In this document: one piece after another, positions 52,401-64,000 of the stretch | How positions within the stretch are numbered: the first letter of the stretch is position 1 | How the letters are laid out: each line of letters starts with the position of its first letter | Assembly: GCA_002633005.1 (NCBI GenBank) | Contig: NMRA01000428.1 | Span: forward strand, 83,335-147,334 | Length of the DNA stretch: 64,000 nt | Direction of reading: 5' to 3' | Source: Phoronis australis | Taxonomy: Eukaryota; Animalia; Phoronida | Notes under the pieces: generated by a model | The model's database searches: none | Seen by the model: only the letters and a program-made list of their open reading frames with translations | Told to the model about the DNA's origin: nothing | Position numbers and translations under genes: made by a program

Positions 52401-55400
52401 GATTGTAATCAGAGCAATCAATAGATCATGATGATCGGTAGAGGTTTCCGAATTGTGCTTGAATGTCACTTACATGCATTTGTATTTCAAGAGACGAAAA
52501 AACAATATCGTTTCCGTTTCATGACGGTCAATTGCGTTTGCATCTCTAGTACTTCCTGTTGAAATGACGCGCCCTAACGTTTGTAACATCTAACACAATT
52601 TCACGACGTCATTGCAACAGTCCAACAGGTACAGTAATCGAGAATGTTGACCTAATTTCCAATCTACACTTATGGAGCACCGAAAGATTCTTAAACGAGC
52701 ATGTTTATGCGCGTTGAATTAAGCTTAATCAACGCGTCAACGTTTGGTTTTGCTTAATCAACGCGTACATTTATTTCGTAAACCACCATTGTTCTGCCGT
52801 TTTTCAACGCGCATTTTAGCTTAACCAACGCTTAGTTTTCTTATATCAACGCACATTTTGATTATTCAACGATACTTCTAGTCAATTCATATAGTCCAAT
52901 CAAACCCCAACTCACAAAATCTCAAATTGACGGACGTAAGACTTTCTGCACGGCGCAAAGCAACTTTTGAAGAATGTACGTTGCAGACTTCTACCAAATG
53001 ACCACGTAAATGTTAGGAACAGGTATATTTCAATATAAACTTGTCTTTGATTGCATGTGACGAACTACTAATTCACTCGCTGGTTCCCTGCGTGTCCCCT
53101 AGGGGGAAGAGGACACGTAGGTATAATTCAGCTGCACGTGATTTATCACTGGTTGATGTACTTGCCACCTCGGCAGTCTTTGTTTAGCTTTACAACATTG
53201 AAGAAAGATAACGATAACGGCGAATTGTGACCGATTTTTAGCTTTGCGTACATCTTCATGAACCAGGTTTTCTCTATACAGTGTCAATAACGTCTTGAAC
53301 AAATCTCCATTAAGCACCGATTTATCTACAGCAGACTATATCCACATTTATATTTCCTCCATCATGCCGGTTTGTTTGCGCATGAAGCGCTTACTGCTGA
53401 CAATTAGACCAGCTAATCAGAATCGCCGGTGTAAAAAATTTCCCGGGGAATATTAAATGATACCTGTGGCGCTCATCCCCTAGGGGACACGCAGTAAACA
53501 GTGAGAATCAACCCAGTCCCTTAACTTTCGAGGTGAAAGTTATCTGAGGGCGCTGTTAACGCTCAAACCTACTTGCACCACTAGGCATATGTGTCCTTGA
53601 AACCCCTTCCCCTTTCGATAATCAAAGTTGACGAGGTTTCATCTGAAACCCTTACTTCAGTCCTGAGGTAATGATTGGGAATGCTCGTTGTTTGAAACTT
53701 TTGAAATGTAGTGGTTACAATCCATGAGAAATATCCAATTACTTACATTTAACAATGTCACTTGCAGAAACACATGAAACAGACTCCACGATCCAAAAAA
53801 ATGAACCGAAGTGTCGAGTGTGCTGAAGAAATGCGACCCCGTGTGCCTGAAGGAGCGACTGCGGGTTCACCCGATCAACGTCTGGGAGCGAGTGCTACCC
53901 CGTCTGAGAAGCAGTTTAGTTCAATGCTCGAACGTTATGCCTACTCAAAAGGCAAAACCATCCCCGACAGCGAGGCGGAAGTCAGCTTTACAGTAAAAAG
54001 GAGAAACGACAGTGACTTGGACATATTGAAGTTGGTTATCAGGCAGTCAGGTAATTGTAAAGTTCAAGGAAGGAGTCAAATTTCATAAACGAATTCCTGT
54101 TCCTATTCCAGTTTCCACGTAAGAGTTTCTACATGAACCAACTCTATATTTTCCAGATTACTTCCCACTCATACAGTCTCCTACACAATTAACTGGTTCA
54201 ACGACACAATTCCATGCTCCTGGTAAGAACGTGATGTCGGCGGAGTTACACAAGTCTCTTGCTGTTGAGCTCCAATCAGTTGTGTTATTGGCAAAAGCAG
54301 ACGGCACAGGAGTGGGATCTGGGTTCCGTGTTGGTCCAACTTACGTCATGACAAACTGTCACGTATTAAAAGGACTTAGTCATGAACGTAAGTACGAACT
54401 TGCAAGTGTTTGAACTGAGGCATTTTGTTTATAAATAAGCATGTATAGCGATCTGGTGGTTTGAAACTTTTAGGGCTGAGGCTTGAATTATGTTGTTACT
54501 TCTCTGGCTAGTGAGAGACCAGTGTAGTCAGCATCAAGACACTCGGTGACTGTTGCCGTACATAAAAGCTGGGTTATTTTAAAGTACCATCATTCCAGGT
54601 TTGTAATCTAAAATATTTTTGCACAAGAATCACCGAATAAAATTTTGTGGCCTAATGCATCACAGTTGTATAAAAGGCTACGTACACTACAACTTGTGGT
54701 CACAGCCTACTTCTACCATGCAAAAATTCATAAGGTAGCTGTTAATAAGTTCTTGATCAAATTGAAGAAGTATAACAAACTAAAGTAAGAAAATTCATTA
54801 CCGTGCTGATCAAGTTGTTCTAGATGATGATACATTGCATATGTTAACACAGTATGATGAGAATTTCTTGCAATGTGATTCTTACAAAAAGAAAATGACA
54901 AGTAACTACTTTTTTCAAAAACTTTATTGGTGCTATTTGCTTAGTTTTCAATACATTCATCAGTTGGTCAAAATAGCTAAAGCAATGCTAGGACCAGTGT
55001 TCCACTTGTAAACAGTAAAAAATGGTACTGGTTGGGGGGTACGTACACTACGCACAGTAAATCAACGTCAAATTTTAACTAATTTACAAATGTATGGGGT
55101 GGTCTTGAGTTTTGTGCTGCCGCTACTTGTTGGTTTGTTGCAAGTTGTCTTGAGAGATAGAGAACCTGCCTCTGCAACATCAGTTGTCACGTGACATGTC
55201 TTCTAGGATTTTAAGTACAAGTTCTGATCCCCAGCCATTTTGTTTTGAAGTCCAGCCGACTGGTTTTCAAGTCCGCCTAGTCCAACCAATTGTTCAAGGC
55301 CAAAAAGTTTTTACATGTTAAAGTGGAGTCATTTATTGTGTTAAATACTCCATGAGTGGGTTGATACACGGTATCACATCACATTCTAATCCAACGAAAA

Positions 55401-55903
55401 GGTTTTGTTATGTAAGGACACAGTATATTTACGCTTAGAACTAAGCTATAGTACAGAAAATTGCGGCCTTATATTGAGTATGCGTTTTTTGATCGACACA
55501 GTCGTGTGGTCGCAGCGTTCCTCGGCTCTCCTGGTATTCTGAAATGTACTTTTTGCGGTCCAATCCTACTGCCTCGAACACAGCACAGTTTTCACCGTTA
55601 TTTTCCGGTGCTGTCATCAACAGGAGCTAAAGCAACACACTGTATTTTCTATATTCCTGGATGGATTCTTTTTAAGTTCCCGAAGAACTTTTATTATTAA
55701 TGAATTGTTCATCGTGAGATATTCACAAACTGAAATTTCAATATGAAATGAAACTTTACAAGTTATTAAACATAACGGATTATCTTATCACTTTTCTGGC
55801 GCCTGTATGCTTGATATAGATATGACGTCACACGACAACAAGCCAATGCACATAACAATAAGGTACATGTATAGCCGCGAAGCAAATATGTTCATATATA
55901 TAG

Positions 55904-55992
<89 letters not shown>

Positions 55993-55997
55993 TGAAG

Positions 55998-56034
<37 letters not shown>

Positions 56035-59000
56035 TTGTGTGTATTTATCCTATATACATTAGAATACTACTATAATACCTTCTCTTCTTGAATTCATTTC
56101 ATCCGGGACATCCCCAGATGACATTATTATACCCATGTATGTGGGGTAATCTATATAGCACGTCAAGTGGAGTCATTTAGTGCATTCTATGATGCATTAA
56201 TACATTAATAAGCTGATACACTTTATTATTGACAGCCATCAGAGACTAAGAGACGAGAAAACATGTTTCAATTTGTATGTTCAGCTTCCGTTGTCAGGCA
56301 TTATAACCACGCCCAGTGCAAGTGAAACTGTGTTGCACTACACAATATCAGCTTCTGTCAATTATTATCAGGAAACAAACTGTTGATCATTTCCAATTAT
56401 GTACTTTACAGCCAAGGATAACGTGGCAGTGTTCAATTTTGACAAGCCTCGTCGCATGGACGGTGTCGGAGCAGCGCCTATCCGCGCCATATTGGCTCAT
56501 TGCGAGGACCTCGATGTGGCCGTCCTAGACCTTGATTTCGACGCAGTACTTCCAATAGCCTTTAACGAGTGTCAAAGGATCAACAAGTTCTCGCTTCCAT
56601 CGCCTGTTACTGATTTTGCCACTATCGATGCGCAGGAATATATTCATTTTGTTGGACATCCAACTGGTGACGGGAAAGTTTTGGATACTCAGTGTACAAT
56701 TGACCGTACTTGTACATCGCCACACAATAGAGAAAAGGTGCTATAATATTCTCAATGCAGGCCCGTAGCCAGGATTATACGAGGGGGGGCTCCGAATTTC
56801 TAAAAGGTTGGACCTTTTGACGGCATTTCGCTAGAAGTAGCGTCGACCCTCTCTACTTTTCTGGTTAGCGCCCTTCAGAAGCTGACGCATAATAAGCGAC
56901 GCAATAAGTTTTCAAAGCTTTAATGTCAAGAACATTAATAGTTGAACAAAAACTTAATACACTTGATTCAATGTACATGTAAGTTCCACAGAAGATACAC
57001 ATCAGGTTAGTACGCTATCAAATTTCATCTTCCTGGGATTTATTTGCTCAAAACGCTGGACAACTCTGTCAATTTCTATCACTTTGTTGTAATTAACGTG
57101 CATCAGCGCTAGGGATGACATTCTGTCACCACTCATACTTGCTCGCATGAACGTGTTGAGTCTGCGTAATGTGCTAGCTGATCTCTCGCGTTCACACGAC
57201 GTCACCGGTAGTGTAGCCAAAATTTTTAGCCTTACACAGACGTTCGGATACAAAATTTGGCCACAGTCTTGTATAGTCTGGGAACATGTCGACAGCGCAT
57301 TCTGCTGGGATTTCCAATTGTGCCTCCATTGCATCATTTCCTGTTGAAGTAACTCGGGTCATCGAAGACTTCATCCACAGTCTCGTGAAGTTCCTGGTAC
57401 AGGGTTTGAATCTCATTCACCATTCCGTAAGCTTGTACAATATCAACTGTTGTACTCTGCAATTTGATTGTAATGCCTTCTAGATGAGAAAGTAAGTTAT
57501 ATACTATGCAGAATGTCACTATAAAATCAAAGGAAGTGATACCAGCTAGCAACCCACTTGCTTCGGATTTGTACTTCCCTGTCCAGCCTGAGGTCACGTC
57601 GGTGCTGTACTCGTGCTTGTGTTGGTCATATGCTATAACTTCTAGCGAAATTACAATACACCCGTACGACTGAAAAAAACCTCGAATAAGCATCGTGACG
57701 AGCCGCCCAGCGAGTGCGGCAAACATCAATGAGGGGCTTTTTAGCGATTCGGGGTCTTTCTTTTTATGCATTTCATTCAGGAGGTGTTCTGACTTTGGAC
57801 GGCTCATAAAAAAGTAAACAACGCATTCTAATTTATTCAAAGTATTTCTGATTTCCTGTATCGAACATGAACAGGCTATCACTAAGTTTAGACAATGACT
57901 GCAGCAATGTGTGTATAAGGCTAAAGGGGAGTGTTCACGCAGGATTGCCATGACGCCAACGTTGTCACTACTCATATTTGCTGCGCCATCATATCCCTGG
58001 CCTCTGCAGTTGGCAATGTCGATCCCGAGCCTATCTAAGGTGCCCATTATGCATTCCGCTACGTGTTTGCCGGTTATCCGCGCAAGACTACAGATTACCA
58101 GCAACTCCTCTCGAATGTTGTCATCGGCGTCTACAAATCGTATACACAAGGGCATGAGTTCTTCATTGTTGGACGTAACCTCATCAGCCATAACGGAACA
58201 AAACTTGGCATCTTTTATTTCCTTTACAATATCGGCTTGTATGAGGTGTTTTCCAATAATCTCGATAATTTCATTCTGTATTTGAGGCGAAGTGCACATG
58301 GCGTTCTTCATTTTTGGGTGCTGTAAGTGTTTCTTTAGAGTTTCATCACAGGTACTCGACAGTTTCAAAAGAGCAAGAAAACTTCCCGGGTTACCGTTAT
58401 CTTCTGTCAAACTTTCAGAATCTCCTCTAAGTGCAATACACTGGCGACCGCAATAAGGAATCGCTTTAGTTATTGCCAGGAGATTGTGCCTGTTTTCCTT
58501 TATTTGGTCTTTGACTTTACTGTCTAAGACAGCGTCAACACCTTTCTGCGGATTTTCCATCATGCTAACAAATGTATTAGCATCATTTAATGCCTCCATG
58601 TCATATCTTTTTTTGAAATGCTCAGACAGTATTTTCGTTTTATGATGCCATTGCGTGAATTGCCTGTTCACTAACTTGGTTGGTTGCCTTTTTACGTCAC
58701 CTTTCGAAAATAAAGCACAAGAAACGCAGAACGCACCATCAATTTTTGAGCTATACACCAATGAATTCCCAAACTCTTTAAACCAAGCGTGTCTGAATGA
58801 GCGGTTACACCCCGCTGCATACTCTGTTGGAAAAATGTAGTCAGGAGATGGTTTGTCGTGATTTTTGATAAGATTGTATTTTTGCACGTCACTTAATTTG
58901 CTTAAGGCGTAGGAAACCTCTTCTATCGAATCTGTTGCTCGGACGCATGGAACTCTGCGAGGTGGTGTACCATTGCCACTGATTTGCTGTCAACACCACG

Positions 59001-60687
59001 CTTTTCTTCATTGACTGAAGATTGGTTAGTGGACCTAGGCGTACATGTATATATTCCTGCCTGTGAACAGGCACCTGTGTCCATATCTGAGTTTTCTGTC
59101 AAAAACACGGTAATTAAACGTCTGTTTTTAGGAGCAGGGGCTATACGTAAGCTGAATTTAAAGAATGGAAACGCGTTCAATTATGCGCATCATTATGCAT
59201 GTCAATCAAACGATCCACAAGTACAGTGTACATTGTAAGTCGCAACAGAATCCGCGATAGCTTTCGATATGGAATTTCGAAAAGCGTGCTATACATTGTC
59301 ACTAGCAACAACCGAATGCATGCGACAAACCTGGCTCCCGTTCAGTAACACTAGGTCCTCGCTAAAAAACAAAATTGCGCGAGATTACGTGAGATATTGC
59401 TGTGTATTTTAAATACAAACACGTGACTTATGTTAGATTTTAGCTAGGTCCTAGCGTCTACTGAACGCACACCTGTTTTCTGCTTCTTCGCCCATTGGTT
59501 GATTTTAAGACACCCACTCGCTGCTTTTTTGAGAGCTCTCTCTCTCTCTCGATGCTGTTTACCACCAGGCATGTTCGCTAATTTAGAATGACCCTCGTAC
59601 CTCATGGTGTAGTCATCACGAGAGCACGTGCGTTTGTGGTTAGTCGGTGTCTTTGAAACTGTCAATGTCTTGAAGCGTCCTGTGGTCGTCTGTAGGCCTA
59701 AGATGCCGTTACCTACAAGAACTATCAGGCGAAGTTCTTGCGGTCTGATGTCGCTATGCAAAGCGGTTTGAATCAGATGAGCAGTGAAGATTCGAAATCA
59801 TCACTAGTTTTTTGATCATTTTAATTAATAGTGGCTGTAGTAATTTCTGTTGGTGTCCTGCTACATCCTTATCGTAGCCCGAGCTGGAGGTTTTCGGCGG
59901 GGAGGGGGTTCGATCGAACCCCCCGAACCCCCCCTGGCTATGGGCCTGCAATGTCACTCAGAATGAGTTTGATATGAACTAGAATGTACCTTTGTTCAGT
60001 TTTAAATACAACCAATTAAGCGAGTTCTACAGTTCAATGTAGGATGAAAGATGTTTTACATACCTAGAAGTTATATCAGTAGGATTACTAGACATTTGCC
60101 AGCTGGCCTTAAACATATGATTTGTTTTATTGAGTGAAGAGAAAAGATGGCATTTAGGCGAATGGCTGAAATTCTTCCAGTTTCTTTAGAAACAAGGTTG
60201 AGATTTTTATGCCCTTCAACATATTCTTAAAATTAAACCGTACTTCATAGGTAGAGTGTTGTTTTATTTCAATAGTCAGCAGTCATACATGTAGTTTGCT
60301 TACATCAGTGACCAACACGTTATGTGTTCTTAACCTGTTTACGAAATCACGTTGTTATACTTACAGCTCCTTGGGCTACACAGGAAATATAACAATGACG
60401 TGTTCAAGAAAATAGCAGACAGACGGCGAGCACTTTACCAATCCAGCGAAAAATTCGGCAACGGCAGCTCAGGAAGTCCAGGCTTTGTAGCTGACCATCA
60501 AAAACGGGCGTGCGTGGCCGTCATGCACTCGTGCGGACATTTCATAAGGGTGGCGCCTGGGGAATTTCATCTCGATGCTATTGAGCAGGGAGTGAGGATG
60601 GAGTGTGTCTACGAGTTCTTGTTACATAATTATGCTGAGTTGTGTACGGACATTTTCCGTGGAAGAAAGCCAGCTCGTGTAGTGTGA
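28439..60687 (+). CDS. Gene 2: ankyrin-repeat + FAM111-like trypsin-fold serine protease, ~619 aa; join(28439..28495,33019..33105,43922..44020,44584..44682,45056..45154,45535..45633,46155..46256,52029..52085,53768..54050,54157..54387,56412..56737,60367..60687)
   Basis: 12 exons give a 1860-nt in-frame CDS from ATG (good Kozak, gatATGG) to TGA. It has an ANK N-cap, five TPLH repeats and a C-cap, then protease motifs GSGFRVG, TNCHV (His), LDVAVL (Asp), GHP and GSSGSP (Ser). The ANK-protease linkage is inferred from phase and continuity, with no transcript evidence. Confidence 0.8.
28608..30312. repeat. ~850-bp tandem duplication joined at a single N (29461)
   Basis: 28608-29460 vs 29462-30312. 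Confidence 0.9.
33019..33105 (+). CDS. Gene 2 ankyrin N-cap exon (VLEAVNDNDYETIRQFMDAGWDINQQLDK)
   Basis: ttttcag / gtaagt, phase 0-0; G-x-D-I-N ankyrin tail. Confidence 0.8.
33509..42904. repeat. Large tandem duplication across the gap (33509-37131 vs 37805-42904)
   Basis: Colinear, few-percent divergence; the second copy has ~1.5 kb extra (39827-41304); gap at 37749-37804. Confidence 0.9.
39722..40160 (-). mobile_element. Degenerate CR1/L2-type LINE reverse-transcriptase fragment
   Basis: AFDMVPH..LLLYKLFSYGI..LLTSY..RVVLLDGVFS resembles AFDxVxH..LLxKL..YGI. Confidence 0.65.
43173..43385 (-). mobile_element. Degenerate LINE ORF2 C-terminal fragment
   Basis: RGHQLK...HFFP resembles the CR1/L2 TRGH...FF tail; weak. 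Confidence 0.35.
43922..44020 (+). CDS. Gene 2 ankyrin exon (DRETPLHQAACRGSTEVARVLLQCGAHVDMPDK)
   Basis: 99-nt phase 0-0 exon, ctgcag / gtaata, ANK consensus. Confidence 0.9.
44299..44395 (+). pseudogene. Decayed ankyrin pseudo-exon
   Basis: After taaacag: EATKPVYQ, +1 frameshift, then TTWRGHCQVMEAL; no intact in-frame donor. Confidence 0.5.
44584..44682 (+). CDS. Gene 2 ankyrin exon (EGWTPLHCAALYGYTQTVKCLVEHSATVNVTSK)
   Basis: 99-nt phase 0-0 exon, catag / gtaatt. Confidence 0.9.
45056..45154 (+). CDS. Gene 2 ankyrin exon (EGVTPLHCAAGCGYTQTVECLVEHSATVNVRDE)
   Basis: 99-nt phase 0-0 exon, catag / gtaatt. Confidence 0.9.
45535..45633 (+). CDS. Gene 2 ankyrin exon (DGRTPLHRAAQWGHTAVVQCLLQHGANVNVRNK)
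   Basis: 99-nt phase 0-0 exon, catag / gtaatt. Confidence 0.92.
46155..46256 (+). CDS. Gene 2 ankyrin exon (WGDTPLHTASEGGHAAVVKLLIIKGSCDVTAVKR)
   Basis: ctgtag acceptor; the donor gttgta is weak and there is an alternative in-frame donor gtaaag after 46247. Confidence 0.8.
52029..52085 (+). CDS. Gene 2 ankyrin C-cap exon (DGKTAYDVCGKEAIKNLLK)
   Basis: ttttacag / gtacaa, phase 0-0; typical terminal GKTAxD repeat. Confidence 0.8.
53088..53494. mobile_element. ~400-bp MITE-like element
   Basis: Perfect 18-bp inverted repeat CTGCGTGTCCCCTAGGGG. Confidence 0.6.
53768..54050 (+). CDS. Gene 2 linker exon (KHMKQTPRSKK...LVIRQS)
   Basis: ttgcag / gtaatt, phase 0-1. Confidence 0.8.
54157..54387 (+). 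CDS. Gene 2 protease exon with catalytic His (GSGFRVGPTYVMTNCHV)
   Basis: ttccag / gtaagt, phase 1-1. Confidence 0.9.
55905..56033. repeat. (TG)n and (TCTG)n microsatellites
   Basis: Seen directly. Confidence 0.98.
56412..56737 (+). CDS. Gene 2 protease exon with catalytic Asp (DLDVAVLDL; FVGHPTGDGKVLD)
   Basis: ttacag / gtgcta, phase 1-0. Confidence 0.9.
57002..58887 (-). pseudogene. hAT transposase (ZMYM1/PRKRIR-like: TTF-type zinc finger, DUF4371, hAT dimerisation domain), frameshifted and internally deleted
   Basis: Motifs FCVSCALF, ALRG, SPQIQNE, MADE, GQGYDGAANMS, HCCSHCLNL, LPVTSCERERSAS, LALMHVN; TRW motif out of frame; C-terminus in a different frame. Confidence 0.9.
59340..59466. 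mobile_element. Second copy of the ~126-bp MITE-like element, nested in the hAT transposon
   Basis: Aligns end to end with 28030-28155. Confidence 0.7.
60367..60687 (+). CDS. Gene 2 terminal protease exon with catalytic Ser (GNGSSGSPGF...VAVMHSCG)
   Basis: ttacag acceptor in phase 0; TGA stop at 60685-60687. Confidence 0.9.
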   Translation, partial: LLGLHRKYNNDVFKKIADRRRALYQSSEKFGNGSSGSPGFVADHQKRACVAVMHSCGHFIRVAPGEFHLDAIEQGVRMECVYEFLLHNYAELCTDIFRGRKPARVV

Positions 60688-62864
60688 TCTATGATGATCT
60701 TGGTCAAGCCACCTCGTGTAGTGATCTGTGATAGTCTTGGTCATCAACTCACTTCATCTGGGTACACTCACAGAGTTGGTATAAACAGGTTACATGTATT
60801 TGTTATTCTGTGTAATGGTTAACCTAGATTATTGAGAATGACAATCCATTTGTTGTACAAAGTCATAGTGTTCAAGGCAGTCGAAGTGATCAGTGTTGGG
60901 AGTTTGTGGTGGGGTGGTCGTGTTTCTGCATGGTCGGTTACATGGTCTAGTGAACTTTCCATGTTTCTAGGTCAACAGCGAACACCAGTTGGTAACTTGT
61001 CCTATCAGGTTCTCACGGAGTTACGTCATTAGGACGCAACAGTTAAGTGAAAGGGGTTCCATAAGCCAATTTGCAAGTCTTGGCAGTGAATTGGCTTTAG
61101 TGTACGCGGACCAGAACCCTCTTGACATTTCACTGCAGTACTGGGGTGGTTATACTGTTTTTTTTTTGTTTTTTGTAAACTTTACGTAAACTTTGATCTC
61201 TTCAAGTTGACCATCAAACCAAAAGGTCATATTTTCAACAACAGGGGCCTGTCTTTGGCCATGTGTGTGTTGGGGTGGGTTGCCGGGAAACTATGCTGTA
61301 GTACCCACGTTCCTAAAGAGTCGGTATGATGAATACCGTGCGTCGAGAAAGAACGAGAATGAGCTTCTATCAGTGAACAAGTGTTCCTTTTGTCGATTTT
61401 TATTTCATGAGATTCGTTTTGCAGGTGTTTTAAGCTCAACAATGTCATTATTTAATCCATACAAAACCTTTCGGTCTGTATACTTTTAAGACAATAAAAC
61501 TCAAAGAAATATAAAACCTTCTCTTAGTTCGGTTGCAAGGAATCTGTCCTTTAGAATGACAATCCAGATTTGAGACATAAGAATCCATTAGGCAAGTTAA
61601 CATTAATCACACATTCATGTTTGGAATGTCATTGTGCAATGCAGTTTAGTGTTTCTGTATTGGCGCGACAGCAGCGAATCAACGGTAGCCAATGAATGTA
61701 AAGTGTCCGAATGCCGAGTTCAACACAATGTAGACTTACTGTGTGCTTCTGAACAGGTTTTACTTAAATGTTTTATAGTTAATTTATTATTACGATATAT
61801 ATTTGTGTAAACAATATGGTATCTGCAATGTTGGGATATCCATCAAACGACAGCTGGCGTCTCACTCTAGTGGGCGAGTTTAGCACCAGATCTACTATTT
61901 CTATTTGTTCTCAGCAGTGCCACCATTGGGAATTGTAGGACATCAAATGTATGTCATTGTACATATGTAATAACTGTCTACACATCACGTGATTATATAG
62001 TTACCCTCTTGCCACATTTCCTGTGCTTTAACACTAAACGTTTCTTTAATTTTCTTCATTCCATCTTCGTTGTTAATGTCGTATCATATTTGCTTACATT
62101 TATACAACTTACAATTGTTCAGTTTTGTTCCAGGGTCCAACAGTGTAGTCATGTAGACCAGGCACCCTCCCGAAAATTGTCAAACTAGCGTAACTTGTCA
62201 CAACTTGTTCTCGCAATTTTATGAATATAAGATGTCGCAAAATATTGCCAGGCTCAACTATTAAAACAACACAGTCGCAATAAATGTCTATAATATGCAT
62301 GATTTGCAAGGCGTAATCATAAACCCTATTTTAATCTGTATAAACTCTTATTTTATTGTTGTGGAAATAATCAAACCGTTACTATTACTCGTTAAGCCAC
62401 TGTCTACTGAGAGATATAAACACTGCGGTCTCAAAGCACATAATTCACCTGTATGCATGTGGATCGTGCCACCATCGTCATCATATATGTGTTGGCAAGT
62501 CGTAAAATGTTTGTAACAATAAAAGCGTTTGATCAAATCTCTTGCGTTTACAGCCATAACAGAGCTTGAGTTTCGTGCACACATGTACGTACGTGCACAG
62601 ATAATGTTATCATTATTATAACCATGTATGCGCGTATTTAGGCCCATTGCGCCTATATCTTAAGCTGTGCCTTTATCGGTAACTCTGCCCATGCGAACCA
62701 TGTGTGAAACCATGCTTAGGATATGGGTGTACCCTTTCTATTGTCAAGGCAACTGTATAAGAAACCAACTTGTTATTCACACCATTAACATCGGCACTAG
62801 AATACTGGTGTCTATTTATTCCTGGTTCAAACCTAAAGAGAGAAAAACTGTCTCCGTTGGTTCC

Positions 62865-62967
62865 TGACTGAAATAGGGACTAGTTTATGTGACTGAAATA
62901 GGGACTAGTTTATGTGACTGAAATAGGGACTAGTTTATGTGACTGAAATAGGGACTAGTTTATGTGA
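62865..62967. repeat. 25-bp minisatellite, 4 copies
   Basis: TGACTGAAATAGGGACTAGTTTATG. Confidence 0.95.
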
Positions 62968-63868
62968 TTGATAAGAACTGACAGTGCATTATTGTTGAGC
63001 GAATATATTCGGCCCTTAACAAAGTTTAAAGTTAGGGTCGAGTTTCACAGAAGCAAGATATCGGGCGAGGGGATTAGCTTTGGTGCCAAATTGTGTTTTG
63101 CTTGTAGTGGTGATATTTGGCTTGATCTTGTGTTTTCGCGAGCTGCTTGCGTCTCCGGGACGCTCATCTGTTCGGCTGTGGTAGATCTCCCTTTTCATGG
63201 TGGTGGCGGTTACACGGAAGGACCGTAAACGTCACACGAGTATCATACAACATGAAATCTAATTGAAACCAATATGGAAACGCCAAAGGAAGTTAGTTTT
63301 ATTTTACAACCACTGGTAAATACACAAGTGCAGAATCAAATGTGAGGGAATAACAAGACATCGACCGTAAAAATGTGGATTAATCAAGTTGTTGTGAGAA
63401 TAGTTCAGAATGACACAACTATGTCAAGTGGGGACATCGGTGGTGTTTTAAACTGCCTCTTTAGATGGCGCTGCTCAGTTAACGCTTCCCTTTGCCTATG
63501 GGTCCATTTACGCGAAAGTGACGTACCAACTACTTGTACATCAACATCGTAATCTCTAATAGAAACAAATCTCCAAAGGCAAGAGACAATTATGTTTACT
63601 GTTGCTGTCGTCACAGAATATAATGTGATAAAACCGAAGAGTAAGAACTATCAGCTGTTCACAATGTCCAATGTCTTCTATTGGAGTCTAAAACAAGTTG
63701 ATTCTGAGAAGAATGCCGAAACATTATGACAAGTATTGATGCGGAAGTTATTTCAAAATTCCCAGTTAGTTGCACTGATAGCCGGAATCAAAATTGACAG
63801 ACACAAGTTTAACACCAGAATCAACGGTAGCACCAACGCTTAAAAACTATGGCCGAAAGAACATATAA

Positions 63869-64000
63869 ACACTCACACTTCACTAACAGCGAACTCCATC
63901 CTTTAGGTGCATGCAAACCCACACACTTCACTAACGGCGAACTCTACCCTTTAGGTGCATGCAAACACACACACCTCACCAACAGTGAACTCCACCCTTG
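63869..64000. repeat. ~48-bp tandem repeat running to the window edge
   Basis: ACACTTCACTAACAGCGAACTCCATCCTTTAGGTGCATGCAAAC-like units. Confidence 0.85.

Larger units (their letters stand above)
56758..59948 (-). mobile_element. hAT-superfamily DNA transposon (hAT5-like, 5-bp TSD), defective
   Basis: TIR CAGGCCC(G/A)TAGCCAGG at both ends, CAATG duplicated on both flanks, internal transposase. Confidence 0.9.

Noticed and set aside
52300-52630. Independent promoter for a stand-alone protease (ETS ACTTCCTGTT, IRF-like motifs)
   Set aside because: It lies between the ANK C-cap exon and the in-phase linker exon, so it is most simply intronic; an internal promoter is not excluded.

Overview
AT-rich animal (invertebrate-type) genomic DNA with GT-AG introns, intronic minisatellites, MITEs and assembly gaps; most entries in the ORF track are spurious. 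I reconstructed two spliced + strand genes by hand, checking the reading phase at every junction. (1) 981-~25242 is the 3' part (~900 aa) of a type I membrane protein: furin site, cadherin/Big_9-like domains, an EGF domain carrying a 26-Cys insertion, a second EGF, a TM helix and an NPxY tail. (2) 28439-60687 is an apparently complete 12-exon, ~619-aa gene whose N-terminal half is missed by the ORF track. It joins an ankyrin array (one repeat per phase-0 exon, N- and C-caps included) to a FAM111-like trypsin-fold serine protease with an intact H-D-S triad. Three ankyrin exons are recent exon+intron duplicates whose changes fall on the predicted binding residues, a dead ankyrin exon lies among them, and the promoter has an ISRE-like motif. 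This is a candidate diversifying sensor-protease immune receptor and the main finding. A defective hAT transposon with a 5-bp TSD sits in its last intron. Three gap-anchored tandem duplications are probably uncollapsed haplotypes.
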